A stretch of DNA of 64,000 nt from Candidatus Heimdallarchaeota archaeon (GTDB lineage Archaea; Asgardarchaeota; Heimdallarchaeia; Heimdallarchaeales; Heimdallarchaeaceae), in contig JAUVXV010000014.1 in NCBI GenBank assembly GCA_030603365.1, positions 59,752-123,751 of the forward strand, in the 5' to 3' direction. Both the position numbers and the translations under genes were made by a program. Below the pieces are notes generated by a model that saw only the letters and a list, made by a program, of their open reading frames with translations, made no database searches and was not told the DNA's origin. Shown in pieces: positions 1 through 10,700 of this stretch. The first letter of the stretch is position 1. Each line of letters begins with the position of its first letter.

Positions 1-1764
1 GAAAGAGCTCAAATTCTTGCTCAAGAAAATTTTACTCTAAGTAGGGAACAAAATAATCCTGAACTCATAGCATCTGCATATTATGTCAATGGTTGGGTGA
101 GCATGCATAAAGGCGAGTTGTCAGATGCTATATACAATTACCATGAGAGTTTAACTATTAGAGAAAAACTCAACAATCACCCATATGATTTAGCTCATTC
201 TTTGTTCGGTCTGGGATATGGTTATAAGAACATAGGTGATTTGGATAAAGCATATTCGTGTCTTAGTCGATGCAAAGAAATCCGTGAAAAAATAGGTAAT
301 CAACAAGACATAGCTTGGACTTTGCTAAACCTTGGAGATGTTTTTTACCAAAAGAACGAAGTTAAAAAAGCTCAAGAATTTTATGATCATTCTTTGATAA
401 TCAATCGTATGATGAACTATACCTTCGGTATTATTTTTTCATTAAGACGTTTAAGTTCCGTTTATGAGAGTATGAAGGAACCTCAACTAGTAATAGACAC
501 ACTTGAGAAAGCACTTGAATTTGCAAAGCAGCTAGAAGATGTGGACCCAGAAGTATACACATTGTTCGATTTGATAAAATACGATATTGAAAACAAACTT
601 GATTCAAATAAGCTCAAAAGCTACCTTTCAAGTTTGAAAAACATAAATCAGAGGTACAATAACAGAATATTTGATCAGATTTATAGACTCGCCCAAGCCT
701 TAATATTTAACTCAGAAGCTGATAAAAGAAGTCAACTGAAAGCTAGAAATCTATTTCGAGAGATTACTGAGGAAGAGATTATGAATTTTGATTACACTCG
801 AATTGCAATGCAGAGATACAGTAAACTGCTTGCAGAGGAATTGAATAGATATCTAAGTGATGAGAGTTTATCAAGCCAATTAACAGATCTCTCAGAGAGT
901 ATTAATCCAGTAGTGCTCTATAGATCATATTCTATGGTTGCAGAAAATTTTCTTGATTTGAGTCAAATAGCACTCGAGGAGATTGACATTGATAAAGCTA
1001 GAGAGTTATTGAAACGAGCTCAATATCTATGTGATTTTCTAAACTTATACAATAAAGGTTCTACTCCTTTCAGGATAATTTATTCATTATTTGTTAAAGA
1101 GAGAAACTTAAACGAATTAAGCAAATTTCTAAAGATAACTAAAGGTGCTTTAAGCAGTCAATTAAAACTTCTAATAGATTTAGACATTGTTAAAATTTCT
1201 AGAGAAGAGCAAATAAGATCTGCAACTATGCTCAAAAAATATTACTCCTTAGGTAACAAAGGTTTTGAATTATTACAACCTTTAAACCTAGAGTTATATA
1301 ATAGTCTGAATCTCAAAGAGACAAATTCCGATCACTTAGTTGATACTCTGATGAAACCTAGATTATTGACAAAGATAATTAGAGATGCGACAATACTAAC
1401 TGATAACTTTCAGAATTTCTTTGAAGAACAAGTTCTTATGAAACCTTCGAAACCAACAGATGAAGGTTTGAGTGATAAAAACCTTGAAGATGTTAAGAAA
1501 ATCTTTAGTCAATCAATTGATGTTCAGGTTGAACAATTTCTGCTTTCAGAAAAACAATATCAAACATATAAGAAACTATGGAAGGAATTTTCTGAAAAGA
1601 TAAAATCAGAGATTATTAAGGAAAACATTGATTCTGCTGAATACCATGCAACAGAAAAGCCAATTTATGTTGCTAATCTAGTTCTTCCAATCAGTGATTT
1701 AATGGAACTTGAAAGATATCAGCTTAAGAAACGAAAGCAAAATGAGAAATCTAATGAAGAATAG
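1..1764 (+). CDS. TPR-repeat protein with internal ArsR-like winged HTH (5'-truncated by window edge)
   Basis: Frame is open from base 1. TPR-like repeats (IAWTLLNLGDVFYQKNEVKKAQEFYDHSL) are followed by an HTH segment (RNLNELSKFLKITKGALSSQLKLLIDLDIV...KKYYSL). Confidence 0.8.
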   Translation, partial: ERAQILAQENFTLSREQNNPELIASAYYVNGWVSMHKGELSDAIYNYHESLTIREKLNNHPYDLAHSLFGLGYGYKNIGDLDKAYSCLSRCKEIREKIGNQQDIAWTLLNLGDVFYQKNEVKKAQEFYDHSLIINRMMNYTFGIIFSLRRLSSVYESMKEPQLVIDTLEKALEFAKQLEDVDPEVYTLFDLIKYDIENKLDSNKLKSYLSSLKNINQRYNNRIFDQIYRLAQALIFNSEADKRSQLKARNLFREITEEEIMNFDYTRIAMQRYSKLLAEELNRYLSDESLSSQLTDLSESINPVVLYRSYSMVAENFLDLSQIALEEIDIDKARELLKRAQYLCDFLNLYNKGSTPFRIIYSLFVKERNLNELSKFLKITKGALSSQLKLLIDLDIVKISREEQIRSATMLKKYYSLGNKGFELLQPLNLELYNSLNLKETNSDHLVDTLMKPRLLTKIIRDATILTDNFQNFFEEQVLMKPSKPTDEGLSDKNLEDVKKIFSQSIDVQVEQFLLSEKQYQTYKKLWKEFSEKIKSEIIKENIDSAEYHATEKPIYVANLVLPISDLMELERYQLKKRKQNEKSNEE

Positions 1765-1776
1765 TTGCTTTCTAGT

Positions 1777-2820
1777 CTACTTCTTTGGCTTTAAAGATCT
1801 TCTAAATGCTAGTAATCCTTCTACAACTACAAAGATAAGTGATGAATAACTTAAAAACACATTTAGAATAATACGATGATAAAGATCATATGTTCTATCA
1901 TTTCTCAAATTATAATATATCAAAATATCACCAAGTCTATAGAAAGGTGAAAAAAAGTCATAGAATTTATTATATTCGAATTCTCCATGTCTTTCAATCC
2001 CAAACTGATTTATGATGATTTCTGTTTTGTGAGATCTTAGAGCATTCATAACAGCTTCTTCTGAAAAAGAAGAAATATTAAGAGCTGTCCATGCATGTAC
2101 CCTTCCACCATCTTCTTTTTGAGGAGAATGCATATCTGTTCCAGTAATCATTCCAATTGAATCATTGTTCTCTTGAACAAAGTAATATGAATCTTCATCA
2201 AAATCAACACCATTTATTACCTCAATGAAATCTACTCCCCAGCTCATTAGAACATAATTTGGAGGGATATACTCTTCAACAAATCTTCTTGTATATTCTG
2301 GGTGGTTAAAAGTTACTGTTCCATTTTGTCTGTGAACTTCATCTATTGCTTGCTTGATATCTACATTTGTTGGATTTCTTGGTATTTTTAAATTCCATTC
2401 TTTAATACCTATGAAATTGAGGTGTACAGTATTAGTTGTCCATTCCATTCCTTGAATTATGATACACTTATTGGCATATTCAGAAGCTAATATTTGAATT
2501 TCATCTGCATTTTTCAGTGTATTATGATCTGTTATAACAACAGCTGTAAAACCAAGAGCTAAGTGCCATTCTATGTTTTGCTTGAGAGTTAGTTTTCCAT
2601 CACTATATTTTGAGTGTGAATGTTGATCGAGCAATATATCATAAATTATATCGGTTTGAGGATTGAAAGGAACTGAATTTTCCCAACTATCATCAGAGTA
2701 GATATACCTTGGTGCTCCAAAAACTCTAGTTAACACACTAGCACCCAAGATAATTCCTACTATAATTACAAATATTAATAGATGAACTGCTATAATTCGG
2801 AAATTCTTCAAAAATCCCAT
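1777..2820 (-). CDS. Membrane-anchored PHP-domain metallohydrolase
   Basis: PHP motifs DQHSHSKYSDG, ITDHN, GMEWT, NHP and GTDMH; N- and C-terminal hydrophobic helices. Confidence 0.8.
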   Translation of the reverse strand: MGFLKNFRIIAVHLLIFVIIVGIILGASVLTRVFGAPRYIYSDDSWENSVPFNPQTDIIYDILLDQHSHSKYSDGKLTLKQNIEWHLALGFTAVVITDHNTLKNADEIQILASEYANKCIIIQGMEWTTNTVHLNFIGIKEWNLKIPRNPTNVDIKQAIDEVHRQNGTVTFNHPEYTRRFVEEYIPPNYVLMSWGVDFIEVINGVDFDEDSYYFVQENNDSIGMITGTDMHSPQKEDGGRVHAWTALNISSFSEEAVMNALRSHKTEIIINQFGIERHGEFEYNKFYDFFSPFYRLGDILIYYNLRNDRTYDLYHRIILNVFLSYSSLIFVVVEGLLAFRRSLKPKK

Positions 2821-2888
2821 CTAAAAAATAGATTAGATAGGACTTAAAAAATATTAGTATAAATCAAAAATGTTGGTAAAAGAAAGAA

Positions 2889-3245
2889 TTACTCATGCTT
2901 CTTTCTATGTTGTTCGTGAAATTGTTTCAGGACATTAGATACTTCGGCAATAAAATCTACCTTCATTGCAGCAGTTTCATAGAACCTAGCTAGTTTGTTT
3001 TCTGAAAGAACAATTGAATCTTCTTCATTGATTTTGTATTCAGAAATCTCAAAATCAACAATGGGTTCTAGAATCATTTCTGTTGTATTTTCACGACGAA
3101 GTCGTTTTAGTTTCTTTATTCTCTTTCGAAATTCTGTAATTTTAGTTTCATGAGTAATGTCTTCTTCCGCTGTATAGAGATCCAGCACGTTAGATTCCAG
3201 TTCAATAGCAAACTTCAGTATTGCTCCAAGTGTTCCTAGGTTCAT
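2889..3245 (-). CDS. Ferritin/rubrerythrin-like small protein
   Basis: ILKFAIELE...LY and ENKLARFYETAA...EQH helices. Probable ATG at 3245 (ORF track start 3272 overlaps the upstream gene). Confidence 0.5.
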   Translation of the reverse strand: MNLGTLGAILKFAIELESNVLDLYTAEEDITHETKITEFRKRIKKLKRLRRENTTEMILEPIVDFEISEYKINEEDSIVLSENKLARFYETAAMKVDFIAEVSNVLKQFHEQHRKKHE

Positions 3246-3262
3246 AATTTCACCAAATTCTT

Positions 3263-4720
3263 CTAAAACCATCTAGTAATAACTACTTTTTCTTCTGTGA
3301 AGAAGTCTACAGCATTTTTACCCTGTCCATGAAGATCTCCTTTGAAACTATCCTTCATTCCAGAAAATGGAAAAGAGGATATTGGAGCAGCTACACCTAT
3401 GTTTATACCAATATTACCTGCTTTAACTCTATACTGATATTCTCTTGCTGATTTACCACTCGATGTAAATATTGAGGAGGCATTGCCATATGGATTTTTG
3501 TGTATAATATCAATAGCTTCATCTAGATTTTGTACTTGTATGATTGGAATTACAGGACCAAAAATCTCCTCTTGAGCTATAGTCATTTCAGGAGTAACTT
3601 TATCGAAAATTGTGGGCCCTACAAAATATCCATTCTTTAATTTATCTTCAACTTCAACATCTCTTCCATCTAAGATCAATTCAGCTCCTTCTTCAATTCC
3701 TTTTTGGATATATTTCAAGACATTATTCTTACCAACTTCGGAGGCTAATGGACCCATCTGGACATCGTCTTCAAGACCATACCCTATCTTTAGTTTCTTA
3801 GCTGATTCTAAAATAGCATCTCGTAAAGGCTCATAAATTTCTCCAACCACTAATAATACTCCACCAGCAAGGCATCTTTGTCCTGAATTACCATAGAATG
3901 TTGTAATAAGATTTGGAACAGTTCTTTCTAGATTTGCATCAGGCATTACTGTTATGAAATTCTTTGCTCCACCTTGAACTTGAACTCTTTTTCCTTCCTC
4001 TCCACATTTCTTATAGAGAAGTTTACCAACTTTTGTAGAACCAACAAATGAAAGACCAACGGTATCTGGACTTTCAATAAGTGTGTTTACAACTTCTGCT
4101 CCTCCATGTACCATATTTATCACACCATCTGGCAACCCTAAATCATCAAGAAGCTCAAACTGCTTAGCCATAGTCATAGGGCATTGTTCAGAAGGTTTCA
4201 CAATGTAGGTATTTCCAGTAGCAATTGCATAAGGCCAGAACCATGAAGGAACCATAGCGGGAAAATTAAATGGAGCGACACAGAAGAATACCCCCAAGGG
4301 TTGTTTTATTACCATTTCATCTATACCCGAAGCTACATCTTCAATGTTATATCCCATTTGTAAAGTAGGGATACTTGTTGCTGTCTCAATGTTTTCTATA
4401 GTTCTTCGATATTCTCCAATAGATTCATCAATTGGTTTACCATGTTCTATAGTTGTAATTTCTGCCAGTTCTTCAAAATTCTCTTCCAATGCATCTCTAA
4501 AATCATACAAGTATCTAATTCTGGATTGAGCAGGAGTTTTTCTCCAACTCCAAAAAGCATCATTTGCTACTTTTATTGCTTCAAGTGTATCTTCTTTTGT
4601 GCTCATTGGGGTTTTGGTGATAATCTCTCCAGTTGCAGGATTTATTACATTTCTAGTTTTTTCGGTTCTTGATGCAACCCATTGACCATTGATATAGTTT
4701 TTAAGAACTTCTCCATTCAT
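3263..4720 (-). CDS. mmsA: CoA-acylating (methyl)malonate-semialdehyde dehydrogenase
   Basis: ALDH motifs PFNFPAM, KPSE, SFVGST, GGAKN, GQRC and EEIFGP; C-terminal DFFTEEKVVITRW is typical of MmsA/IolA. Confidence 0.88.
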   Translation of the reverse strand: MNGEVLKNYINGQWVASRTEKTRNVINPATGEIITKTPMSTKEDTLEAIKVANDAFWSWRKTPAQSRIRYLYDFRDALEENFEELAEITTIEHGKPIDESIGEYRRTIENIETATSIPTLQMGYNIEDVASGIDEMVIKQPLGVFFCVAPFNFPAMVPSWFWPYAIATGNTYIVKPSEQCPMTMAKQFELLDDLGLPDGVINMVHGGAEVVNTLIESPDTVGLSFVGSTKVGKLLYKKCGEEGKRVQVQGGAKNFITVMPDANLERTVPNLITTFYGNSGQRCLAGGVLLVVGEIYEPLRDAILESAKKLKIGYGLEDDVQMGPLASEVGKNNVLKYIQKGIEEGAELILDGRDVEVEDKLKNGYFVGPTIFDKVTPEMTIAQEEIFGPVIPIIQVQNLDEAIDIIHKNPYGNASSIFTSSGKSAREYQYRVKAGNIGINIGVAAPISSFPFSGMKDSFKGDLHGQGKNAVDFFTEEKVVITRWF

Positions 4721-4832
4721 CTTATCACTTCATAAAGCTCGTTAATTGATTATTTGTTGACAATTTTTAAATGTTAGCAATTTTAAAGAAAATCATCAAT
4801 ATAATAAAGATTCAGTATTCAGAATCTAAACT

Positions 4833-6134
4833 GTGATTAATATGAAATCTGATGATATTAAAAGTAAAGATAAGGAGTTTTATATTCAAGGTTATACTCG
4901 TGTTCCAATTGTTCTTACGGAGGGTAAGGGCGCTCTACTAAAAGATTTGGATGGTAATGAGTATATTGACTGTTTTGCGGGAATCGCAGTAACTAATGTA
5001 GGTCATGCTCATGAAAGACTTGTCAAAGCTGCAACAGACCAGATGTCGAAACTAATCCACACTTCTGGAAGATTCTTTAACATTCCTCAAACATTACTTG
5101 CAGAAAAAATAGCTGAAATAACTCCTGGTGATTTGAAGTATTCTTATTTGTGTAACAGCGGTTCAGAAGCCATTGAAAACGCAGTTAAACTTGTTAAGAA
5201 ATATGCCACTTCTAGAGGAAAAACAGGTGCTGCACTTATTGCTTTAGAAGGTTCTTTTCATGGTCGATTGGGGTATGCATTTAGTTTAACTGGCCAATCA
5301 AAATATAAGAAAGGATTCTCTTCCTACGCTAATTTGCAAGGAGTAGTTCATGCTCCTACTCCCTATCCATATAGGTCAAAATTATCTGAAGAAGAATGTG
5401 GAGAGGAAGCTGCTCTAGCTGTTGAAAATGTGATAGACTATCATACAGCTGGTGATGTTGCAGCTTTTTTCATTGAACCTATTCTGGGTGAAGGTGGAAT
5501 AATAGTACCTCCTGATTCTTATTTCAATACACTATTAGGAATTCTGAAAGAAAGAGATATACCTTTTGTATCAGATGAGGTTCAATCAGGTTTTGGTAGG
5601 TCTGGAAGGATGTTTGCAGGAGATCACTGGAATCTTAAACCAGATTTGATGACACTTGCTAAAGGATTTGGTGGAGGAATGCCTATTGGTGCAGCAGTAG
5701 CTACAAGTAAAATTGCAAATTGCGTTCAACCTGGAGATTTCTTTTCTACATATGGTGGAAATCCTGTCTGTTCAGCTGTAGCCTTGGAAAATATTAATAT
5801 CATCGAAGATGAGAAACTTGTTGAAAATTCCGCAAAAATTGGTAATATGTTCATGCAAGGATTAGAGGACCTTCAGAGAAGAAATACAATAATTGGAGAT
5901 GTTAGAGGAAAAGGATTAATGATAGGTATAGAATTAGTAAGTGATCCAAGTACTAAGAAACCTGCATCAGAAGAAGCAAAGAAGATAGTTAATATACTAA
6001 AAAATGATGGTGTTATTCTTGGTCTTGGTGGAATACTTGGAAATGTTCTAAGATTACAGCCTCCTTTATGTATTACAGAAGAACAATCTAAAACAGTTTT
6101 AGATAAATTTGAGGTAGGACTAAGCAGACTTTAA
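4833..6134 (+). CDS. Class III PLP aminotransferase (GABA/beta-alanine/acetylornithine type)
   Basis: SGSEAIE, SFHGR, EPILGEGG, DEVQSGFGRSG, AKG (PLP Lys), STYGGNP. Confidence 0.9.
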   Translation: MINMKSDDIKSKDKEFYIQGYTRVPIVLTEGKGALLKDLDGNEYIDCFAGIAVTNVGHAHERLVKAATDQMSKLIHTSGRFFNIPQTLLAEKIAEITPGDLKYSYLCNSGSEAIENAVKLVKKYATSRGKTGAALIALEGSFHGRLGYAFSLTGQSKYKKGFSSYANLQGVVHAPTPYPYRSKLSEEECGEEAALAVENVIDYHTAGDVAAFFIEPILGEGGIIVPPDSYFNTLLGILKERDIPFVSDEVQSGFGRSGRMFAGDHWNLKPDLMTLAKGFGGGMPIGAAVATSKIANCVQPGDFFSTYGGNPVCSAVALENINIIEDEKLVENSAKIGNMFMQGLEDLQRRNTIIGDVRGKGLMIGIELVSDPSTKKPASEEAKKIVNILKNDGVILGLGGILGNVLRLQPPLCITEEQSKTVLDKFEVGLSRL

Positions 6135-6178
6135 TTTCCAATTTCTAGCTACTAAGCAATGAAGAGAATATGGAGATG

Positions 6179-7294
6179 CTAAGTTTCAACGATTCTATTA
6201 TATTTTACTAATATCTCTTTTATCCTATCATGAGAAATTGAATAAACAGTATTTCCATTTATTCCTTTCATGGTTTCAGCATTTACAAGTGCATTTATTA
6301 TTGCTTCTTCAGTTGCTTCTGCAGTTGCTTTGAACATTATCGAGAGTTGTGAATCATCAAGGCTTTCCAATTGATGTATATCTTTAGGAAATTTACTTTT
6401 AGAATCAAATTTATTATGTGTAGAAAATGCTAGAAAAATATCTCCCGAAGTATGACCGCCGTAACCTCCAACTCTTGCTAATCCTGCAGGTATTCTTTTT
6501 GTTAGCCTTTTCAGTTGATATGGTAAAAGAGGAGCATCTGTAGCTAAAATAACAATAATAGAGCCATTCTCGTTTTCTGAGTCAATGCCTTCTTCTCTTT
6601 TAATTTTAGGGAGGTCTTCATTCTTCATCTCTTCTCCAACAGGAACTCCTGAGATAGTTAGATGATTTCTTATTCCATAATTTGCTTGAACAAGAACACC
6701 TAGACCAAATTTTCCTTGTTCAGTAACTATAATTCGGGAACTAGTACCGATACCACCTTTGAATTGATGACATATCATTCCTGTTCCACCACCAACATTC
6801 CCCTCTTGTACTTGCCCATCTGTCGCATTTTCAAGAGCTAATATGACATGTTCTTCTTTAACATGAAAACCATTAATGTCATTTAGTATTCCATCATAAG
6901 TCTCCGCAACAACAGGTAGAAACCAAACAAATTGCTGGTTAAAAAAACCATTTTCAATAGACCATTTTATTATTGAATCTCTTACTAAACCTACACTATG
7001 AGTGTTTGTTATGCAAATTGGTCCTCTCAGTTTTCCAGCTTCTTTTATCCAGTGAGAACCAGTCATCTCTCCATTTCCATTATAAGAATATATAGCAGCA
7101 TGAACTTCTGCTAATGTCTTATTAACTGGGAAAATTGCTGTTACACCTGTACGAATAGGTCCTTTACCAACAGCAAGATCACCATCTTTTTCTATGATTG
7201 TTGAATGCCCGATTAAGACTCCTCTAACATCAGTAATTGCATTGTTTTTTCCAGCTAATCCATCAAAGATAATTCCTAGCTCTCTAGCTTTCAT
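6179..7294 (-). CDS. dmpA: P1 family (DmpA-like) aminopeptidase / beta-peptidyl aminopeptidase
   Basis: NAITDVxGV, NGNGEMTG, PVVAETYDG, GNVGGGTGM, autoprocessing GS|IIVILATDAP, SGDIFLAFST. Confidence 0.88.
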   Translation of the reverse strand: MKARELGIIFDGLAGKNNAITDVRGVLIGHSTIIEKDGDLAVGKGPIRTGVTAIFPVNKTLAEVHAAIYSYNGNGEMTGSHWIKEAGKLRGPICITNTHSVGLVRDSIIKWSIENGFFNQQFVWFLPVVAETYDGILNDINGFHVKEEHVILALENATDGQVQEGNVGGGTGMICHQFKGGIGTSSRIIVTEQGKFGLGVLVQANYGIRNHLTISGVPVGEEMKNEDLPKIKREEGIDSENENGSIIVILATDAPLLPYQLKRLTKRIPAGLARVGGYGGHTSGDIFLAFSTHNKFDSKSKFPKDIHQLESLDDSQLSIMFKATAEATEEAIINALVNAETMKGINGNTVYSISHDRIKEILVKYNRIVET

Positions 7295-7354
7295 ACTTTC
7301 TGATTCTGAAAATCACATTTAAGTTTAGTGAAAAAAAGAGAAGAAAGAATCTCA

Positions 7355-8539
7355 CTATTTTCTTTTTCTTCTAATAATAGTTGTTATAAAAATGACACTT
7401 ACGATCAAAGTTGTTAGTGCAAAATAGCTACTTTGTTCTGTTAGTGTAGGTGTAGGTGTAGGTGTTATCAGTATAGATGGATCTAATACTGCTCTTACGG
7501 CTTTTGAAGCATTAAGAAGACCATATCCAAAGTAGATATCTTTACCTGAATCACCTAGATCAGTTGCAGAGTTAAAAAGGATGTATTTGATTTCATCCAC
7601 CGTTAATGAATTATTCAGAGATTTCATTAAGGCAATTACTGCAGCTACTTGAGGTGCAGCGAAGGAAGTTCCCCAACCAGAGTAATAGAGATCTGGTGGT
7701 GCTGTACTTCTGATATTTATAGCGTTTTCATCACCAACTGGTGCTACTATGTCAGTCCAGTTACCATAATTACTATAATCAGCTTTAAGCTTATTGACAT
7801 TTGTTGCTCCAACAGAAATAACTTCATCATATCCTCCAGGATAGGATTGATATTCTTGCCCACCCAAGGGAAGGAAAGTATTTCCCGTAACTGAAACTAC
7901 TGGAACATTTTGGCTTATGGCATACAGAATGTCATCATAGTATTCCGCGCTATCTGGATAATAGTGAAGACTCAAATTAATAACATCAGCTCCATTGTCA
8001 ACTGCATATCTGATAGCATCTCCAAATTCTTCCATAGTAACTCCATTATAGTTATTTTCTAGTAAAACACGGATATCCATTACAGTAACATTAGGTGCAA
8101 CACCAACTACCCCCTCATTATCTTTTGGAGCAGTTATGAGCCCTGTAATAAAAGTTGCATGCCAATTGATAGGATCATCAAATTCTGGTCCTGGAACACT
8201 ATCATTGGAAACAAAATCCCAGCCATTGATATCATCTATGTATCCATTTCCATCATCATCAATAGAGTTATTGAATATCTCACCAGTATTGACCCAGGCT
8301 GAAGCGTTCAAATCTGGATGGTTGAAGTCGATTCCTGAGTCAATTACAGCGATGGTAATATCTTTTGAACCGTAAGTAATTTCCCATGCCCCTTCAGAAT
8401 GAATATGAGAGTGATGAAAAGAGTTTTCATAATTTATTGCTGATACGAGATTTAGATTGCTATTTTGTTTTGGATTAAACGATAATAGCACTAGTGTCAT
8501 AACAAATAATAATGAATACTGAAATTTCTTATTAATCAT
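7355..8539 (-). CDS. Secreted, C-terminally anchored S8 (subtilisin-like) serine protease
   Basis: Catalytic D (VIDSG), H (WHAT) and S (GTSFAAP); signal peptide; TPTPTPT linker, TM helix and RRKRK tail. Confidence 0.88.
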   Translation of the reverse strand: MINKKFQYSLLFVMTLVLLSFNPKQNSNLNLVSAINYENSFHHSHIHSEGAWEITYGSKDITIAVIDSGIDFNHPDLNASAWVNTGEIFNNSIDDDGNGYIDDINGWDFVSNDSVPGPEFDDPINWHATFITGLITAPKDNEGVVGVAPNVTVMDIRVLLENNYNGVTMEEFGDAIRYAVDNGADVINLSLHYYPDSAEYYDDILYAISQNVPVVSVTGNTFLPLGGQEYQSYPGGYDEVISVGATNVNKLKADYSNYGNWTDIVAPVGDENAINIRSTAPPDLYYSGWGTSFAAPQVAAVIALMKSLNNSLTVDEIKYILFNSATDLGDSGKDIYFGYGLLNASKAVRAVLDPSILITPTPTPTLTEQSSYFALTTLIVSVIFITTIIRRKRK

Positions 8540-8620
8540 AATTATAATTTAGTACACAAGTTCATAAATTTATTCTAAAAACATTAAATATTGAGCTCTT
8601 AGTATTTTTGTTCAAACAGA

Positions 8621-9472
8621 GTGATTATTAAACACTTCAATAGAAAACAGTTTGAAATGATTAAAGAGCATCTTGAAAATCTCAATAATTACTTTGTGAA
8701 CAAGAAGACTGTCATAGCCTTTTCAGGAGGAGTAGATAGCACTGTTCTACTTGAGTTTGCACTGCAGAATGCAAAAAGTGTTTTAGCAGTAACAGTTCAA
8801 TCAAGTCTTGTCCCCACTGAAGAACAAGATTATGCTATTGGTTATCTTAAAGAAAGAAATGTTCAGTTCAAAGTAATTCAAGTTGACCCTCTGCAGCACC
8901 TAAAAGTGGTAAATAATGATGAAAGAAGATGCTATTACTGCAAGAAACTAATTTTCGAAACTATTATTCATGAATCAAAAGATTTTGATCCTGACATAAT
9001 TGTTGAGGGGTCCAATGTTACTGATCTATCTGATTATCGACCTGGGATGGAAGCTGTTAAGGAATTAAAAATTAGAAGTCCATATCTCGAATTGAATATC
9101 ACAAAAAATGAAATAAGGGGATTAGCAAAAATTCTTAGTTTGAAAATTGCACATAAACCAGCTACAACTTGTTTGGCTACAAGAATTCCTTATGGTCAAA
9201 TTATAAGCAAAGAAAGATTAAGCAGAATTGAAGAAGCTGAGAAAATTATCAAGAAAATCATCCCTGTTTCTGTTTTAAGAGTAAGAGATCATGAAGATAT
9301 AGCTAGAATAGAAATTCTAGAAGAAAATTTTGAAATGTTTCTACAAAAGAAAACTAGAAACAAAATTAAGCAAAAGCTGAAGAAAATTGGCTTTTCATAT
9401 ATAGCCCTTGATTTGAATGGGTATAAACAAGGGTCGATGAATATTAACATAGAAGGTGTAGAAAATGACTAA
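8621..9472 (+). CDS. larE: ATP-dependent sulfur transferase LarE (NPN cofactor biosynthesis)
   Basis: PP-loop AFSGGVDS, RCYYCK, DYRPG, CLATRIPYG, RVRDH, GYKQGSMN; adjacent to larC and larB. Confidence 0.9.
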   Translation: MIIKHFNRKQFEMIKEHLENLNNYFVNKKTVIAFSGGVDSTVLLEFALQNAKSVLAVTVQSSLVPTEEQDYAIGYLKERNVQFKVIQVDPLQHLKVVNNDERRCYYCKKLIFETIIHESKDFDPDIIVEGSNVTDLSDYRPGMEAVKELKIRSPYLELNITKNEIRGLAKILSLKIAHKPATTCLATRIPYGQIISKERLSRIEEAEKIIKKIIPVSVLRVRDHEDIARIEILEENFEMFLQKKTRNKIKQKLKKIGFSYIALDLNGYKQGSMNINIEGVEND

Positions 9473-10700
9473 AGCAATTATTATAGACCCAAGAAATGCA
9501 GGTAGTTCTGGAGATATGTTTCTTTCTGTTTTTCTTGACTTATTTGAGGATGAAGTTTCTTTACAAGAATTAGTGGAGTTAATAAATAAGAAGTTTAATT
9601 CAGGGATGTCAGTTGAGGTTCAAAAAATTCAAAAAAAAGGAATCCAATCAACTCACCTGCAAATAGAAATAGAAAATGATATTAAGAAAAAGCATGCAAA
9701 AGATCTTCTTTCGTACTGCAAAATGGTTTTAGCTGAATTAAACATAACAGAAAAAGCAGCAAAGCTAGCTGAAAAAATGTTCATGACATTATTTGAAGCT
9801 GAGTCAAAGGTTCATGGGGAAAATATTGATGAACTTCATTTACACGAAACAGCTAGTTTGGATACCATCCTAGATATTATTGGTACTGTATTTTTGTTAG
9901 AAAAGAATAATGCCCTCGACATGTCTATCTTAGGATTACCAGTTAATGTTGGAAGTGGTTTTGTAACCTTCTCCCACGGAAAAATGGCTGTTCCACCACC
10001 AGCTGTTTTAGAGATTCTAAAGAGTAAAGAATATCCGTTCTTTAGTGATGAAGTAGATGGAGAATTATTAACACCAACAGGTGCAACAATTCTAACTAAT
10101 TTGGTTAATAAGAAAATTCAAACTTTACCTCCAGTTAAAATACAAAAGATAGGATATGGAGCTGGTAACAAGGAAATTCCTTCCAGATCTAATGTAATTA
10201 GAGTAATGGAAGCAGAAATTGAAGATGAACAATCAAAGAATTACTTAATGATGCTCGAAACACATCTAGATGATGTAACTGGTGAGTTATTGGGTGGTAT
10301 AATGAAGAAATTACTAGAAAACCAAGCTCTGGATGTTTCTTATTATCCATTGTTGATGAAGAAGAATCGTCCTGCATATTGTCTTAGAGTTATTTGTGAG
10401 GAAGATAAGTCTCCTGAACTTGCGAATATGATTATGAAAGAATTAGGTACTTTAGGAGTAAGAGAAAACCGATTTGCTAGGTATGAATTAGAAAGAAGAG
10501 TTGTTACAAAGAAATTCTTCATTGAAGAAAAAAAATTCGAATGTAGATACAAAGAAAGAATTCTCAATGGTGAAGTGATTGGAGTAAAGCCAGAGTATGA
10601 AGATGTGATAGCTATTTCTGAAGAAACTAATATACCTTTAATCGATTTAGAAAGCAAACTCGTTAATTTTTATCACATAGGAGATGAATTCTGTGAATAG
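9465..10700 (+). CDS. larC: Nickel insertion protein LarC
   Basis: GSSGDMF, AESKVHG...HLHE, HG.MAVPPPA, ELLTPTGA, ETHLDD, MKKNRP, TLGVR, KPEYED. Confidence 0.92.
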   Translation: MTKAIIIDPRNAGSSGDMFLSVFLDLFEDEVSLQELVELINKKFNSGMSVEVQKIQKKGIQSTHLQIEIENDIKKKHAKDLLSYCKMVLAELNITEKAAKLAEKMFMTLFEAESKVHGENIDELHLHETASLDTILDIIGTVFLLEKNNALDMSILGLPVNVGSGFVTFSHGKMAVPPPAVLEILKSKEYPFFSDEVDGELLTPTGATILTNLVNKKIQTLPPVKIQKIGYGAGNKEIPSRSNVIRVMEAEIEDEQSKNYLMMLETHLDDVTGELLGGIMKKLLENQALDVSYYPLLMKKNRPAYCLRVICEEDKSPELANMIMKELGTLGVRENRFARYELERRVVTKKFFIEEKKFECRYKERILNGEVIGVKPEYEDVIAISEETNIPLIDLESKLVNFYHIGDEFCE

